Positions 9,060 through 18,541 of a stretch of 64,000 nucleotides of DNA are shown here, one piece after another (the first letter of the stretch is position 1; every line of letters begins with the position of its first letter). The DNA is from Opitutia bacterium (GTDB taxonomy: Bacteria > Verrucomicrobiota > Verrucomicrobiia > Opitutales > Opitutaceae). The notes under the pieces are model-generated. The model did no database searches, was not told the DNA's origin, and saw only the letters and a program-made list of their open reading frames with translations. A program made the position numbers and the translations under genes. The stretch is taken from the NCBI GenBank assembly GCA_947478395.1, contig CANJVR010000008.1, positions 1 to 64,000 on the forward strand, in the 5' to 3' direction.

Positions 9060-10280
9060 TCAGGCCTCACATTTCAGCACGTAGACCGCGCCTTTTTCCG
9101 TGCCAATGGCGAGGAGACGGTCGTCGGGCGACCAGACGAGTTTCGAGGCTGGGTGCGGCATTTTCACGGTGGCGCGCAGCGGCTGCTTGCGCTCGGGACT
9201 CCAGAGTTGCACGACGCCGTCAGCGCTCGCCGTCGCGAGCAGGCCGTGCGCGTACTGAAAGGCTAGGGCGCAGATGGGCGCATCGTGCGGAAACATCCCG
9301 GGTTCACGACCTTCGGGGCCGGCGCCGCTGCAATCCCAGAGGCACGCATCCCGCCCGCCCCCGGTCGCCAGCCAACGTGAGGTGTGATCGAACGAGAGGT
9401 GTTTCACCTTGGACTCGTAACCGCTCATCTGCAGTTCGATGTCCTCCTCGGGAATCCAGAGGTGAACGCTGGGATCCTGATTGCCGGAGACGAGCCACCG
9501 GCTGTCGGGCGACCAGACGAGGGCGTGAATGCCGTTGGCGTAGGGAAAGTTTTTTTGCAGGACGCAGTCGTCGGCGTCCCACAGTTGCACGCCGCCGAAA
9601 TGCGACGCGGCGAGACAGCCGCCGGCCGGCTGCCACGCGAGCGCCGAGATGGTTTTAGGCGCGGGGGCAAACGCGTGGCGGACGGAAGCGTCGGCGTTGA
9701 GAAAAGAAAGCGCTTTGCCCGCGGCGGCGGCGAGGGTGGCCGCTGCTGCTGCGGCGGCCGGTTTTGAGTTTCGGGTTTCGGGTTTCGGGTTGGGAGCTGA
9801 GAGCTGAGCGTGGGACGCGACTGATTTTGCTTCCGGGCTTTGAGCGCTAAGCTCTGAGCTCTGGGCTGCGTGCTGCGCGGGTCGCCAGGCGAGGTGTTCG
9901 ACCCAGGCGGTGCCGAGATGGGCGGTGGCGGTGTGCTGGCCGGCGTCGGCGTCCCAGAATTTCACGGCGCCATCCTGACCACCACTCGCCAAGAGCGACT
10001 TGGGTTTTGAGTTTTGGGTTTCGGGTTTTGGGTTGGGATCGGAATCAGCGTTTTGGAGGTTGGGTGCGGGAGTTGGGGATTTTGCCAGCGGCTGCCAGGC
10101 GAGGCAGTTGGTCCCTTGGGTGTGTCCGGGGAGTTCGTGGAGTTTCGCGCCGGCGGTGGCGGAGAAAATCGAGAGCGGCCCAGCGGCGCTGGCGGCGGCG
10201 AGGAGGGCGCCGTCGGGAGACCACGCGAGGTCGATGGCGTAATCGTCGAGCGTCACAGCCCAGTGTTTGGTGAGTTGCAT
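9060..10280 (-). CDS. WD40-repeat protein associated with a COG0523 GTPase, carrying two repeat-derived insertions
   Basis: Repeats such as LASGGQDGAVKFWD, LVSGNQDPSVHLW and LATASADGVVQLW; ATG at 10280 (MQLTKHW). Confidence 0.88.
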   Translation of the reverse strand: MQLTKHWAVTLDDYAIDLAWSPDGALLAAASAAGPLSIFSATAGAKLHELPGHTQGTNCLAWQPLAKSPTPAPNLQNADSDPNPKPETQNSKPKSLLASGGQDGAVKFWDADAGQHTATAHLGTAWVEHLAWRPAQHAAQSSELSAQSPEAKSVASHAQLSAPNPKPETRNSKPAAAAAAATLAAAAGKALSFLNADASVRHAFAPAPKTISALAWQPAGGCLAASHFGGVQLWDADDCVLQKNFPYANGIHALVWSPDSRWLVSGNQDPSVHLWIPEEDIELQMSGYESKVKHLSFDHTSRWLATGGGRDACLWDCSGAGPEGREPGMFPHDAPICALAFQYAHGLLATASADGVVQLWSPERKQPLRATVKMPHPASKLVWSPDDRLLAIGTEKGAVYVLKCEA

Positions 10281-10776
10281 CGGATGAGTAGCGAGTAGTG
10301 AGTGGTCGGTAGCGAGCAGGACAAGCCCAAGCGCTCGGCTCACGCTGGAACGATTCGATTAAAACGATGCCGAAGCGGCCCGACATCACCGTGGGCATCG
10401 AGGCGCTGGGGCGTCGGGGGTTGGGGCCGGTTCTCGAACGTAGCGCGTTTGGTTTCGAGAATGATCAGGTGGCTGGTGTTGCGCTTTGCGATCGCGGCCC
10501 GACGGCAGTGGGTCGACGGCCAACCAAGTCCGGGGCGAGCGCGACGTGCTCGCCCCCTTTCAATTTTAACATGGTAACCTCACGCTCGACGAAGCCGGGG
10601 CGAAGCGGCGGGTCGCGTTGCATGTGGCGGGGCCTGCGTCCGCCGACTGCTCGTTCTTGCGCCTGCTCAAAAAGACGGGCCGCGAACGATCGGAGAGGCG
10701 GAGTCGCCGCCTAAATTTCCGCCGCAGCGGTAAACGCCAAAATTATTTACGGCGCGGCCCGTCGGTTGGAAGACGC

Positions 10777-12225
10777 TCAAGCGAGGCACGCCTTGAACGC
10801 TTCCGTGAGCGCGGTGCGGTCGAGGTTTTTGCCGATGAAGACGAGGGTATTTTGGCGGACTTCTTCTTTCGTCCACTCGCGGTCGAACTTCGCGTCGAAG
10901 AGCATGTGCACGCCTTGGAATACGAGGCGCTTGTTGCTGCCTTTCACGGTCAGCACGCCTTTCATGCGGTAGATGTCCCCGCCTTTCACGCGGAGTAATT
11001 CACTGATCCAGTCGTTGAGCTTTTTGCCGTCCAGATCGCCGGGCGTGCTGATCCCCACGGAGGTGACAGCATCGTTATGCTCATGCGCGGCGTGGAAATC
11101 TTGCTGCCAGGCCGGCTTGGCGGTCTCGCCCATCACATGGATGTGCAGCGGATCGTGGCCGCAGGATTCGAAGACGAGATAGAAACCGGGCTCCTTGAGT
11201 TTAAGCTGAAACCGGCCGTTACCTTCTTTGAGGAGCAGGCGGTGGAGCGTCGCGCCGGGAATGAGGGGATCGCCTTCCTTGAGGCGGGTTTCCCAGTCGG
11301 CGAAGGCACGCACGGCGGCCTCCGTCGCTGCAGCGATGGAGGCCATGGCCTCGCGCGAGGTGAGGTCGCCGTTAATCGGCAGCTTCACGGGTAGGACGAC
11401 GACATCGAGTTCGTTGGGATTGCCGTGATGGTGGTGGTGCCCGTCGTGCCCGTCACCGTGCGCGTGGTCGTGACCTTCGTGGGAATGATCATGGCCGTGA
11501 TCGTGACCATGATCGTGATGTCCGATGACGAGTTCGTGCGTGCCGACGGGCAGCGCATAAGCACCGGCCCATTCGAAGGGATATTCCTGCTCGAGAAACT
11601 TAGGATCGAGTTCGGTGGCGCGGCCGAGATTAAAGCCACCGACGTTCAGCACGCGGTCGAGTGGCACGTCGGCATTTTGAGCGCGGTAGATCTTCGCGAC
11701 GGCGTTGATGCGTTTGATCCGGGCCTCGAGCGCGTCGAGTTCCGCGGGAGTCGCGAGATCGGTTTTGTTGAGCACGATCACGTCCGCGAATGCCAGTTGT
11801 TTCACGGCTTCGTCGTCGGTGTCGAGGTGGAGGAGAACGTGTTTCGCGTCGACGACTGTCACGATGGCGTCGAGGCGGAAGTTGGCCTTCATCTCGTCGT
11901 CGGTGAAAAACGTCTGCGCGACGGGGCCGGGATTGGCGAGGCCGGTGGTTTCGATGAGAATGCCGTCGAGCTTGTCCTTGCGCTTCATCAGGCGACCGAG
12001 AATCCGGATGAGATCGCCGCGCACGGTGCAACAGATGCAGCCGTTGTTCATCTCGAAGAGTTCTTCGTCGGACTGAATTACGAGCTGATTGTCGACCCCG
12101 ACCTCGCCAAATTCGTTCTCAATCACGGCGATTTTTTTGCCGTGTTGCTCGGTGAGGATGCGGTTGAGGAGGGTGGTCTTGCCGGCGCCAAGAAAGCCGG
12201 TGAGGACGGTGACGGGAATGCTCAT
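10777..12225 (-). CDS. COG0523/CobW family GTPase metallochaperone with a His-rich inserted domain
   Basis: [29 protein letters not shown] and FQGVH motifs; long HHDHGHDH tract. Confidence 0.93.
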   Translation of the reverse strand: MSIPVTVLTGFLGAGKTTLLNRILTEQHGKKIAVIENEFGEVGVDNQLVIQSDEELFEMNNGCICCTVRGDLIRILGRLMKRKDKLDGILIETTGLANPGPVAQTFFTDDEMKANFRLDAIVTVVDAKHVLLHLDTDDEAVKQLAFADVIVLNKTDLATPAELDALEARIKRINAVAKIYRAQNADVPLDRVLNVGGFNLGRATELDPKFLEQEYPFEWAGAYALPVGTHELVIGHHDHGHDHGHDHSHEGHDHAHGDGHDGHHHHHGNPNELDVVVLPVKLPINGDLTSREAMASIAAATEAAVRAFADWETRLKEGDPLIPGATLHRLLLKEGNGRFQLKLKEPGFYLVFESCGHDPLHIHVMGETAKPAWQQDFHAAHEHNDAVTSVGISTPGDLDGKKLNDWISELLRVKGGDIYRMKGVLTVKGSNKRLVFQGVHMLFDAKFDREWTKEEVRQNTLVFIGKNLDRTALTEAFKACLA

Positions 12226-12335
12226 GAAAAATTATTTTAGGAAGCAGGATGGGAGAGGGTGCAAGCGTGAGTGCCGTCCGACAGATTGCAAATGTCCGTC
12301 CGGGCCGCCCTTCGGGAACCGCCCACGCCCTGTGA

Positions 12336-12358
12336 CATGTCACCTATTAAGTGACATG
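12336..12358. repeat. Short AT-cored palindrome, copy 1
   Basis: CATGTCACCTATTAAGTGACATG; near-identical copy at 49775. Confidence 0.75.
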
Positions 12359-12398
12359 TGAGGGCGGGGGATTCGGTGATAGTGCAGTCGGCGGACGA

Positions 12399-12887
12399 TC
12401 AATCGTTGTCGTTGCCTTTGGGAAAATTGAAGGCGACGGCGGGAAAGGTCGTGCCGCGAATTTCGATTTTGGTGAGTACGGCGTCGAAGCCGGCGGTGGT
12501 CTTGATCCAGTCGGCGCTGGCTTCGAATTGCGCGGTATCGCCGATTTTTTCGCCGGTGACGGCGTTTGCGATCGCTTGAAAAACGAGCGGCGTGGGTTTG
12601 CCGCCGAGGGTGGCGATCACCTCAACGGAGGGCGCGGCGACGCGCACGAAGTTTTCCAGTTCGCCGTCCATCACGTACAGGGTGAGTTTGCCGGCGCTGG
12701 CGTCGCGAACGAGCTCGAGGTGGTAAACTTCTGCGCCGAGTACGACGGGTGTGCCACCGTGCGGCGGGTTGTGCTCATGTTTGTGCGGAGCGCCGGCCGC
12801 GGCAGATGCGGGGTTCTCTTTTTTTGAACAGGCGGGCAGCGCAGCGAGGGCGATCAGCACGACGATGGAGCGGAAGGTCATTTTCAT
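12399..12887 (-). CDS. Putative His-rich metal-binding lipoprotein
   Basis: Lipobox-like ALPAC; HKHEHNPPHGG...YHLELV motif. Confidence 0.7.
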   Translation of the reverse strand: MKMTFRSIVVLIALAALPACSKKENPASAAAGAPHKHEHNPPHGGTPVVLGAEVYHLELVRDASAGKLTLYVMDGELENFVRVAAPSVEVIATLGGKPTPLVFQAIANAVTGEKIGDTAQFEASADWIKTTAGFDAVLTKIEIRGTTFPAVAFNFPKGNDND

Positions 12888-12974
12888 GCGGGCGAGTGCA
12901 AACAGCCGGACGCTTGGCGGCGACTTTCAAATGGAGTTCCCGGCCTGCTGGGTTCGCAAGCGGGAGGAACTCCA

Positions 12975-12992
12975 CCTTTCAAAACTGTAAGG
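12975..12992. promoter_or_regulatory. Candidate CusR/CopR-type response-regulator box
   Basis: Imperfect palindrome CCTTTCA-AAAC-TGTAAGG about 75 bp upstream of the degP-like gene. Confidence 0.4.
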
Positions 12993-13065
12993 TTCGGGCA
13001 ACACCCCGGAAGGGTCGGTGTGCGATCGTGGACGCAGTTCGAAATCAACCTTCCAGCAACGAAAC

Positions 13066-14628
13066 ATGATTTACCCGATGAAATTTCCTTCCACCTCTCA
13101 CCGCCGTCGCACCGTTCTTTTGGCGGCAATAATTCTCGGCGGAGCAGCCGGCGCCGCTTGGTCCGTGTCCGCCGCGACCGCGCCCAGCCCGACCATTGCC
13201 ATCAAGGTCGATGACAAACCGGTGTCAGCCGCCAACTCGCCTCTCGGGCCCAGCTATGCGCCCGTCGTCAAACGCGTCGCGCCAAGCGTCGTGATGGTGC
13301 GCGTCACCGAAAAAGCAAAAAACGTCCCAGCGAATTTTGCGCCATTTCTAGATCAGCCTGGGTTGCGTGAATTTTTCGGCGATCAATTCGGCGGGTCCCA
13401 GGGTGCTCCCGGTCGGCGTGGTCAGAGCCAGGGTCAGATGCGCCAGCCGCAACAAGAAGGCCTGGGCTCGGGTGTGATCGTTAGCTCGGACGGCTATATC
13501 CTCACCAACAGTCACGTCGTCAAAGGAGCTGACGCCATCAAGGTCTCGCTCAACGACGGTCGTGAACTCACGGCTAAGGTCGTCGGATCCGACCCGCAGA
13601 CCGATCTCGCGGTCATCAAGGTCGACGCCAAGGACCTGCCCGCGATCACATTTGCCGACAGCGAGAAAGTTGAAGTCGGCGATCGCGTCCTCGCAGTGGG
13701 CAATCCCTTCGGTATCGGACAAACCGTGACCAGTGGTATGGTCAGCGGTCTTGGCCGGGCCACGATGGGATTGGACTACGAGGATTTCATTCAGACCGAC
13801 GCCGCCATCAACCCGGGCAATTCGGGTGGCGCGCTCGTCGACGGCGAAGGCCGTTTGATCGGGATCAACACCGCGATCCTTAGCCGCAGCGGCGGTTCGC
13901 AGGGCATCGGTTTCGCGATCCCGGCCAATCTCGCCCATTCCGTGATGGAGCAACTCGCGGCCACCGGTAAAGTGGTGCGCGGCTACGTCGGTGTGATTTT
14001 ACAGGATATCACGCCGGAACTGGCCGCTCAGTTCAAACTGGCTAAACCGGAAGGCGCGTTGGTGACCGATGTGAAGCCCGATAGTCCGGCGGAAAAAGCG
14101 GGTCTGCAGGAAGGCGATATCGTCACGAAATTCGATGGGAAGGGGGTCAAGGACCTACGTCATCTGAGATTTACGGTGGCGATGATGGCGCCCGGCCAGA
14201 AGGCCTCGATGGATGTTCTTCGGAACGGAAAGACGCAGAGTATCGATTTGAATATCGGTTCGCAGCCCAAGGATCGTGGCGTGGCTCGCGGTGAACGCGG
14301 CCGTCAAAGTCCGGAAGCTCAAGACGACGACAACGGCACACTCAACGGGGTGGGCGTGGCCGATCTCGATGCGCAAGCACGCCGCGAGTTCGATGTGCCC
14401 GCGGCGGTCCGCGGCGCGCTCGTCACGAGCGTTGATCCCGATTCAGCCGCGGCGACCGCTGGCCTCCAGCCCGGCGATGTTATTCAGGAAATTAACCGTC
14501 AGCGCGTGAAGAATGCCGAGGAGGCGGTGAAGCTGACCGAGAAAACGGAGACGAAGAAAACATTGCTGCGGGTCTGGAGTCAGCGCGGCTCGCGCTTCGT
14601 CGTGGTCGATGAGACTGCGGCGCCGTAA
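13066..14628 (+). CDS. Do/DegP/DegQ family periplasmic serine protease with two PDZ domains
   Basis: GLGSGVI, TNSHVV, TDLAVIK and QTDAAINPGNSGG motifs. Confidence 0.95.
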   Translation: MIYPMKFPSTSHRRRTVLLAAIILGGAAGAAWSVSAATAPSPTIAIKVDDKPVSAANSPLGPSYAPVVKRVAPSVVMVRVTEKAKNVPANFAPFLDQPGLREFFGDQFGGSQGAPGRRGQSQGQMRQPQQEGLGSGVIVSSDGYILTNSHVVKGADAIKVSLNDGRELTAKVVGSDPQTDLAVIKVDAKDLPAITFADSEKVEVGDRVLAVGNPFGIGQTVTSGMVSGLGRATMGLDYEDFIQTDAAINPGNSGGALVDGEGRLIGINTAILSRSGGSQGIGFAIPANLAHSVMEQLAATGKVVRGYVGVILQDITPELAAQFKLAKPEGALVTDVKPDSPAEKAGLQEGDIVTKFDGKGVKDLRHLRFTVAMMAPGQKASMDVLRNGKTQSIDLNIGSQPKDRGVARGERGRQSPEAQDDDNGTLNGVGVADLDAQARREFDVPAAVRGALVTSVDPDSAAATAGLQPGDVIQEINRQRVKNAEEAVKLTEKTETKKTLLRVWSQRGSRFVVVDETAAP

Positions 14629-14677
14629 GGCAATTTCTGACATTTTTGGGGTTCATTAGTGTTGGGTTAAGCCAGCG

Positions 14678-14709
14678 GGCTCCGGGCGGAAACGCCCGGA
14701 GCCTTTTTT
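14678..14709 (+). terminator. Intrinsic terminator after the degP-like gene
   Basis: GGCTCCGGGCG-GAAA-CGCCCGGAGCC followed by TTTTTT. Confidence 0.85.
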
Positions 14710-14773
14710 CGGATAACGGCATGGCTGCACTTCGTGATTTCATCCTGCGAATCGATCCCCACACTTTTTTCCC

Positions 14774-15445
14774 ATGCGCGTGCTCGTAGTCGAAGACGAC
14801 GCCAAGATCGCCTCCTTCTTGGTCAAAGGCCTGAAGCAGGAAGGCTATGGCGTGGATCACGCGGTCGATGGCGACACCGGCCTCGCGCTTGCCACCTCGA
14901 CGCCTTACGACGCGGCCATCGTGGATGTCATGCTACCCGGGCTCGATGGGCTAAGCCTGGTGCGTCGCCTGCGCATAGAGCGCGCGCACATGCCGGTATT
15001 GTTTCTTAGTGCGCGGGTCACGGTGGATGATCGCGTGCGGGGTTTGCAGGCGGGCGGTGACGATTATCTAACCAAGCCTTTTGCCTTCGCCGAACTGTCG
15101 GCGCGTTTGCAGGCGTTGATCCGCCGGGCGAGTCGCGCGCCCGAGGCCACGAAGCTTTCCGCCGGGGACGTGGTCCTCGATTTGGTGGCGCGCGTCGTGA
15201 CGGTCGGCGGCCAACCAGTGGAGTTGCAGCCGCGGGAATTTGCCCTGCTCGAATATCTCCTGCGTCACGCCGGCCGGCCTGTGACCAAAGTGATGATTCT
15301 CGAGCACGTGTGGGATTACAGTTTCGATCCGCAGACTAACGTCGTGGACGTGCTGGTGTCGCGCCTGCGGAGTAAAATCGATCCGGATAAAACGCGCATC
15401 GAGACGCTGAGAGGAGTGGGCTATGTTTTTAAACGCACCGCTTGA
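14774..15445 (+). CDS. OmpR/CusR-family response regulator
   Basis: VVEDD, DVMLP, DDYLTKPF and VWDYSFDPQTNVVDV...RLRSKID. Confidence 0.93.
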   Translation: MRVLVVEDDAKIASFLVKGLKQEGYGVDHAVDGDTGLALATSTPYDAAIVDVMLPGLDGLSLVRRLRIERAHMPVLFLSARVTVDDRVRGLQAGGDDYLTKPFAFAELSARLQALIRRASRAPEATKLSAGDVVLDLVARVVTVGGQPVELQPREFALLEYLLRHAGRPVTKVMILEHVWDYSFDPQTNVVDVLVSRLRSKIDPDKTRIETLRGVGYVFKRTA

Positions 15446-16841
15446 TCGCTGGCGCCGCTCGCTGGCGGTCCGGCTGAGCTTCTGGTTTGCCGCGCTCTTC
15501 GTCGTGGGATTCACGGCGATTTTCGCGCTGCTTTATTGGTCGCTCGGGCGCCAGTTGGAGTCGCGAGACTACGAAGCGCTGCAACTGCGACTGCAACAGT
15601 ATGCCGATATTTACGCGGCGTCGGGTCTTGACGGATTGCGGCAGCGGGTGGCCGAAGACAGCCAGGGACCGCATGTGCGCTCGCTCTTCATTCGGCTTTC
15701 GGGTCCAGGGGGTGAGGCGGTCTGGGGGAAAATTCCCCCGGACTGGATTGAGTCCGATGTGCGTCGAGTGCAGATGCCATTTGGCGGTGTGCTGGAGGAA
15801 AAAAATTCCCGTCTGCGGGTACCGCGGGACGAGGAACAGGATCTAGCGGTGGTGGGTCGCCTGCTGCCCGATGGGCTTGCGCTGCAGGTCGCGCGCAGCA
15901 GCGACAGCCGGGATGTGCTATTGGCGCCGCTGCGCCACACGTTTTTGTGGATCGGCGGTGTAGTGGTCGTGATTGGCTTCGGCGCGGGTCTCGCGACGGC
16001 CCGACGTGCGACGCGTCCCTTGCGCGATGTAGTCGACACTGCGCAGCGGATTATCGCCACCGGCGCGCTCGATGCGCGCGTGCCTGCGCCGAAACGTGAG
16101 GACGATGTGGCAGAACTGGTGCGGGTTTTTAATACGGTCCTCGACAAAAACGCCGGCCTGTTGCGGGCGATGCGTGAGGCGCTGGATAACGTCGCTCACG
16201 ATTTGCGCACGCCGCTGACGCGACTGCGCGGCACGGCGGAACTCGCGCTGCAATCGGCGGCTTCCGGCGGAACCGTGCAACATGAAGCCCTCGCTGAATG
16301 CGTAGAGCAGACCGACGACGTGTTGAGACTGTTGCGGGCGTTGACCGAAATTTCCGAGGCCGAGGCGGGCGTGCTCAAATTGGAAAAGACGGCGTGCGAT
16401 TTGGGCGCCGTCGCCCGCGATGCGGTGGAGCTTTACGCGGAAGTGGCGGAAGCGAAACCGGTGCAGCTCAGCGTCGAAATCAAGGAGGCGTCTCCCGTGC
16501 TGGCCGACGCGACGCGACTGCGGCAGGCGATCGCCAATCTCGTCGACAATGCGGTAAAATATACCCCGGCCGGTGGCAGTGCGGTGGTGCGGGTGACGGC
16601 GATCGACGGTGAAGCTGTTTTAACCGTCTGCGACACCGGCCCCGGCGTGCCGATGGCGGAACAGGCGCGGGTATGGGATCGGCTGTATCGCGGCGACGCG
16701 AGCCGGGCCCAGCGCGGTCTTGGTTTGGGACTAAGCTTGGTGCGGGCGATTATCGAGGCGCACGGCGGGCGCGTGGCTTTGGGCTCGGCGCCCGAAGGCG
16801 GTGCGGGGTTTGAAATCCGACTGCCGCTCAAGCGAGACTAA
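15423..16841 (+). CDS. Membrane sensor histidine kinase with HAMP domain
   Basis: Two TM segments; AHDLRTPLTRL, NLVDNAVKY, DTGPG and GLGLGL. Confidence 0.93.
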   Translation: MFLNAPLDRWRRSLAVRLSFWFAALFVVGFTAIFALLYWSLGRQLESRDYEALQLRLQQYADIYAASGLDGLRQRVAEDSQGPHVRSLFIRLSGPGGEAVWGKIPPDWIESDVRRVQMPFGGVLEEKNSRLRVPRDEEQDLAVVGRLLPDGLALQVARSSDSRDVLLAPLRHTFLWIGGVVVVIGFGAGLATARRATRPLRDVVDTAQRIIATGALDARVPAPKREDDVAELVRVFNTVLDKNAGLLRAMREALDNVAHDLRTPLTRLRGTAELALQSAASGGTVQHEALAECVEQTDDVLRLLRALTEISEAEAGVLKLEKTACDLGAVARDAVELYAEVAEAKPVQLSVEIKEASPVLADATRLRQAIANLVDNAVKYTPAGGSAVVRVTAIDGEAVLTVCDTGPGVPMAEQARVWDRLYRGDASRAQRGLGLGLSLVRAIIEAHGGRVALGSAPEGGAGFEIRLPLKRD

Positions 16842-17005
16842 GCTGCGGACGTCCGCTGGATCGGCGTTAACGAAAAGCGTAGCCGCCGGCGTCCCTGGCG
16901 GCCGAAACGAGGCCATTCAACCCGGCAGGCAGTGACGCCGGCCGCTTCGCAAAACGGCCACGGAAAAATTAAACCGCGCAAGAGTGCTTATCGATTGCCG
17001 CGGAC

Positions 17006-17962
17006 TCAGCTTTCACTCCGAGGCTTGAACGCCGATTTGGCCGCGAGTTCTTCCCAAAGCAGCTTTTCGTCCGGTGACACCGTCGCCGGCGTTTTGAGAT
17101 GCATCACCACGTAGAGATCGCCGCGTCCGCCGCTTTCGCGGTGGAGTCCGAGACCGCGGAGACGCAACTGGCTCCCGCCGGCGGTGCCCGGCGGCACGCG
17201 CAGCGACGTGGTTCCGTCGAGCGTGGAAATTTTTACCTGCACACCGAGCACGGCTTCCCACGGTGCGAGGTCGAGGTCGTAGGAGAGATCGGCGTCGTGC
17301 ACCGTGAAGTCCGGATGTTGGGCCAGGCGCACGCGCAAATAGAGGTCGCCCGCCGCGGCTCCGCCGGTCCCTGCGCTCCCTTGCCCGGCCAGGCGGATGC
17401 GCTGTCCCTCGCGCACCCCTTTGGGGATTTTTACCTGATAGGTGTTCCGGCGCTCGGGTTCGCCTTCCTCGCTGCCGCGTCGGAGGGTGATCGTGCGCGT
17501 GGCGCCATGCAGCGCTTCCGCGAGCGTGACGAGCAGATCGGCTTCGACGTCGCGACCTTGATGGGCAAACGACCGCTCGCCGCCGCCCCCGCGAAATCCG
17601 CCGCGCCCGCCCCCGAAAAACGATTCGAAGAAATCGCTGTAGCCCGTGCCGCCGAACTCGAAGTCCGTTTCGCCGCCGGGGGCCGCCGTCCGTCGACGGA
17701 ATCCACCCGCGCCGGGCGGCGGCGCGGCACCTTCCTGCCAGTTCGGCCCTAGTTCGTCGTAGCGCTTTCGTTTCTCCGGATCGCCGAGAACCTCGTAGGC
17801 CTCGTTGATCTCTTTGAATTTCACCTCGCCCGTCGCCTTGTTCTTAGCGACGTCCGGATGATACAGCCGCGCCAGTTTGCGAAAGGCCTGCTTGATTTCA
17901 TCGGCTGAGGCGGTGCGGGCGACGCCGAGCGTCTCGTAGTAGTCTTTGAATTTCACGGCCAT
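17006..17962 (-). CDS. DnaJ-class chaperone (CbpA-like, no zinc finger)
   Basis: [12 protein letters not shown] motif, G/F-rich region, DnaJ C-terminal domain, no CxxCxGxG repeats; start trimmed to the ATG at 17962. Confidence 0.92.
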   Translation of the reverse strand: MAVKFKDYYETLGVARTASADEIKQAFRKLARLYHPDVAKNKATGEVKFKEINEAYEVLGDPEKRKRYDELGPNWQEGAAPPPGAGGFRRRTAAPGGETDFEFGGTGYSDFFESFFGGGRGGFRGGGGERSFAHQGRDVEADLLVTLAEALHGATRTITLRRGSEEGEPERRNTYQVKIPKGVREGQRIRLAGQGSAGTGGAAAGDLYLRVRLAQHPDFTVHDADLSYDLDLAPWEAVLGVQVKISTLDGTTSLRVPPGTAGGSQLRLRGLGLHRESGGRGDLYVVMHLKTPATVSPDEKLLWEELAAKSAFKPRSES

Positions 17963-18440
17963 GTTTAGCGGGAAGCGACTACCGCTTCGGTTTCGTTCCA
18001 AAGCGAGATAATCGGGCGGTTCAATTGATTCTGCTCGAAGCGCAACATCCCCCGCGCGGCCGTGCTCAAGCCAAAGCGTTGCGCGTGAATCATGGGAAAG
18101 CTCGCCCGCGCCAACGCGAACAGGCGCAGGAAATTTCCGGGCGAAAACACCGCGACATTGCCCGTCCGAAGCCCGTGCCCGGAGCGACGAGAGCGCGGAC
18201 AAGATATTCGAGGGCTGAGAACGGCATGGTAACGTGCGGCACAGACCGGAATCACCGTGGTTTGTTACCGCATATTATTTTTGCGACGGGAAAATCGACG
18301 ATAGGAAGCGATCTTCGCGGCGCAGCGGGAAGTGCGATTGACGGCGCCAATGGATTTCATGGCGCAACTTCCTGCCGGTCATTATTCCACGCGCAGCGGA
18401 ATCCCTCGAAACGATTTACGCTCAGCGTAGCGCTAACACC

Positions 18441-18510
18441 GGAGCGGCAGGAGTCCCAGCCTGCCGCAACGAGGACGCCGAACCCGGCAGGCAGAGACGC
18501 TTGCCGCGAT
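18441..18510. repeat. REP family A doublet (degenerate)
   Basis: GAGCGGCAGGAGTCCCAGCCTGCC...GACGCCGAACCCGGCAGGCAGAGACGCTTGCCGC. Confidence 0.8.
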
Positions 18511-18541
18511 ATAAAACGGCCGCGGGAAAACTTAAGCCCAT

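Noticed and set aside
10344..10776. 430-bp gap between the COG0523 and WD40 genes with short ORFs
   Set aside because: No convincing protein or RNA motif; a small gene or riboswitch cannot be excluded without a search
12226..12335. Zur/Fur box upstream of the COG0523 gene
   Set aside because: Only scattered TGCAA half-sites and no convincing palindrome
17963..18440. N-terminal extension of DnaJ, CIRCE element or ncRNA
   Set aside because: The protein clearly starts at MAVKFKDYY; no TTAGCACTC-N9-GAGTGCTAA; no identifiable RNA structure
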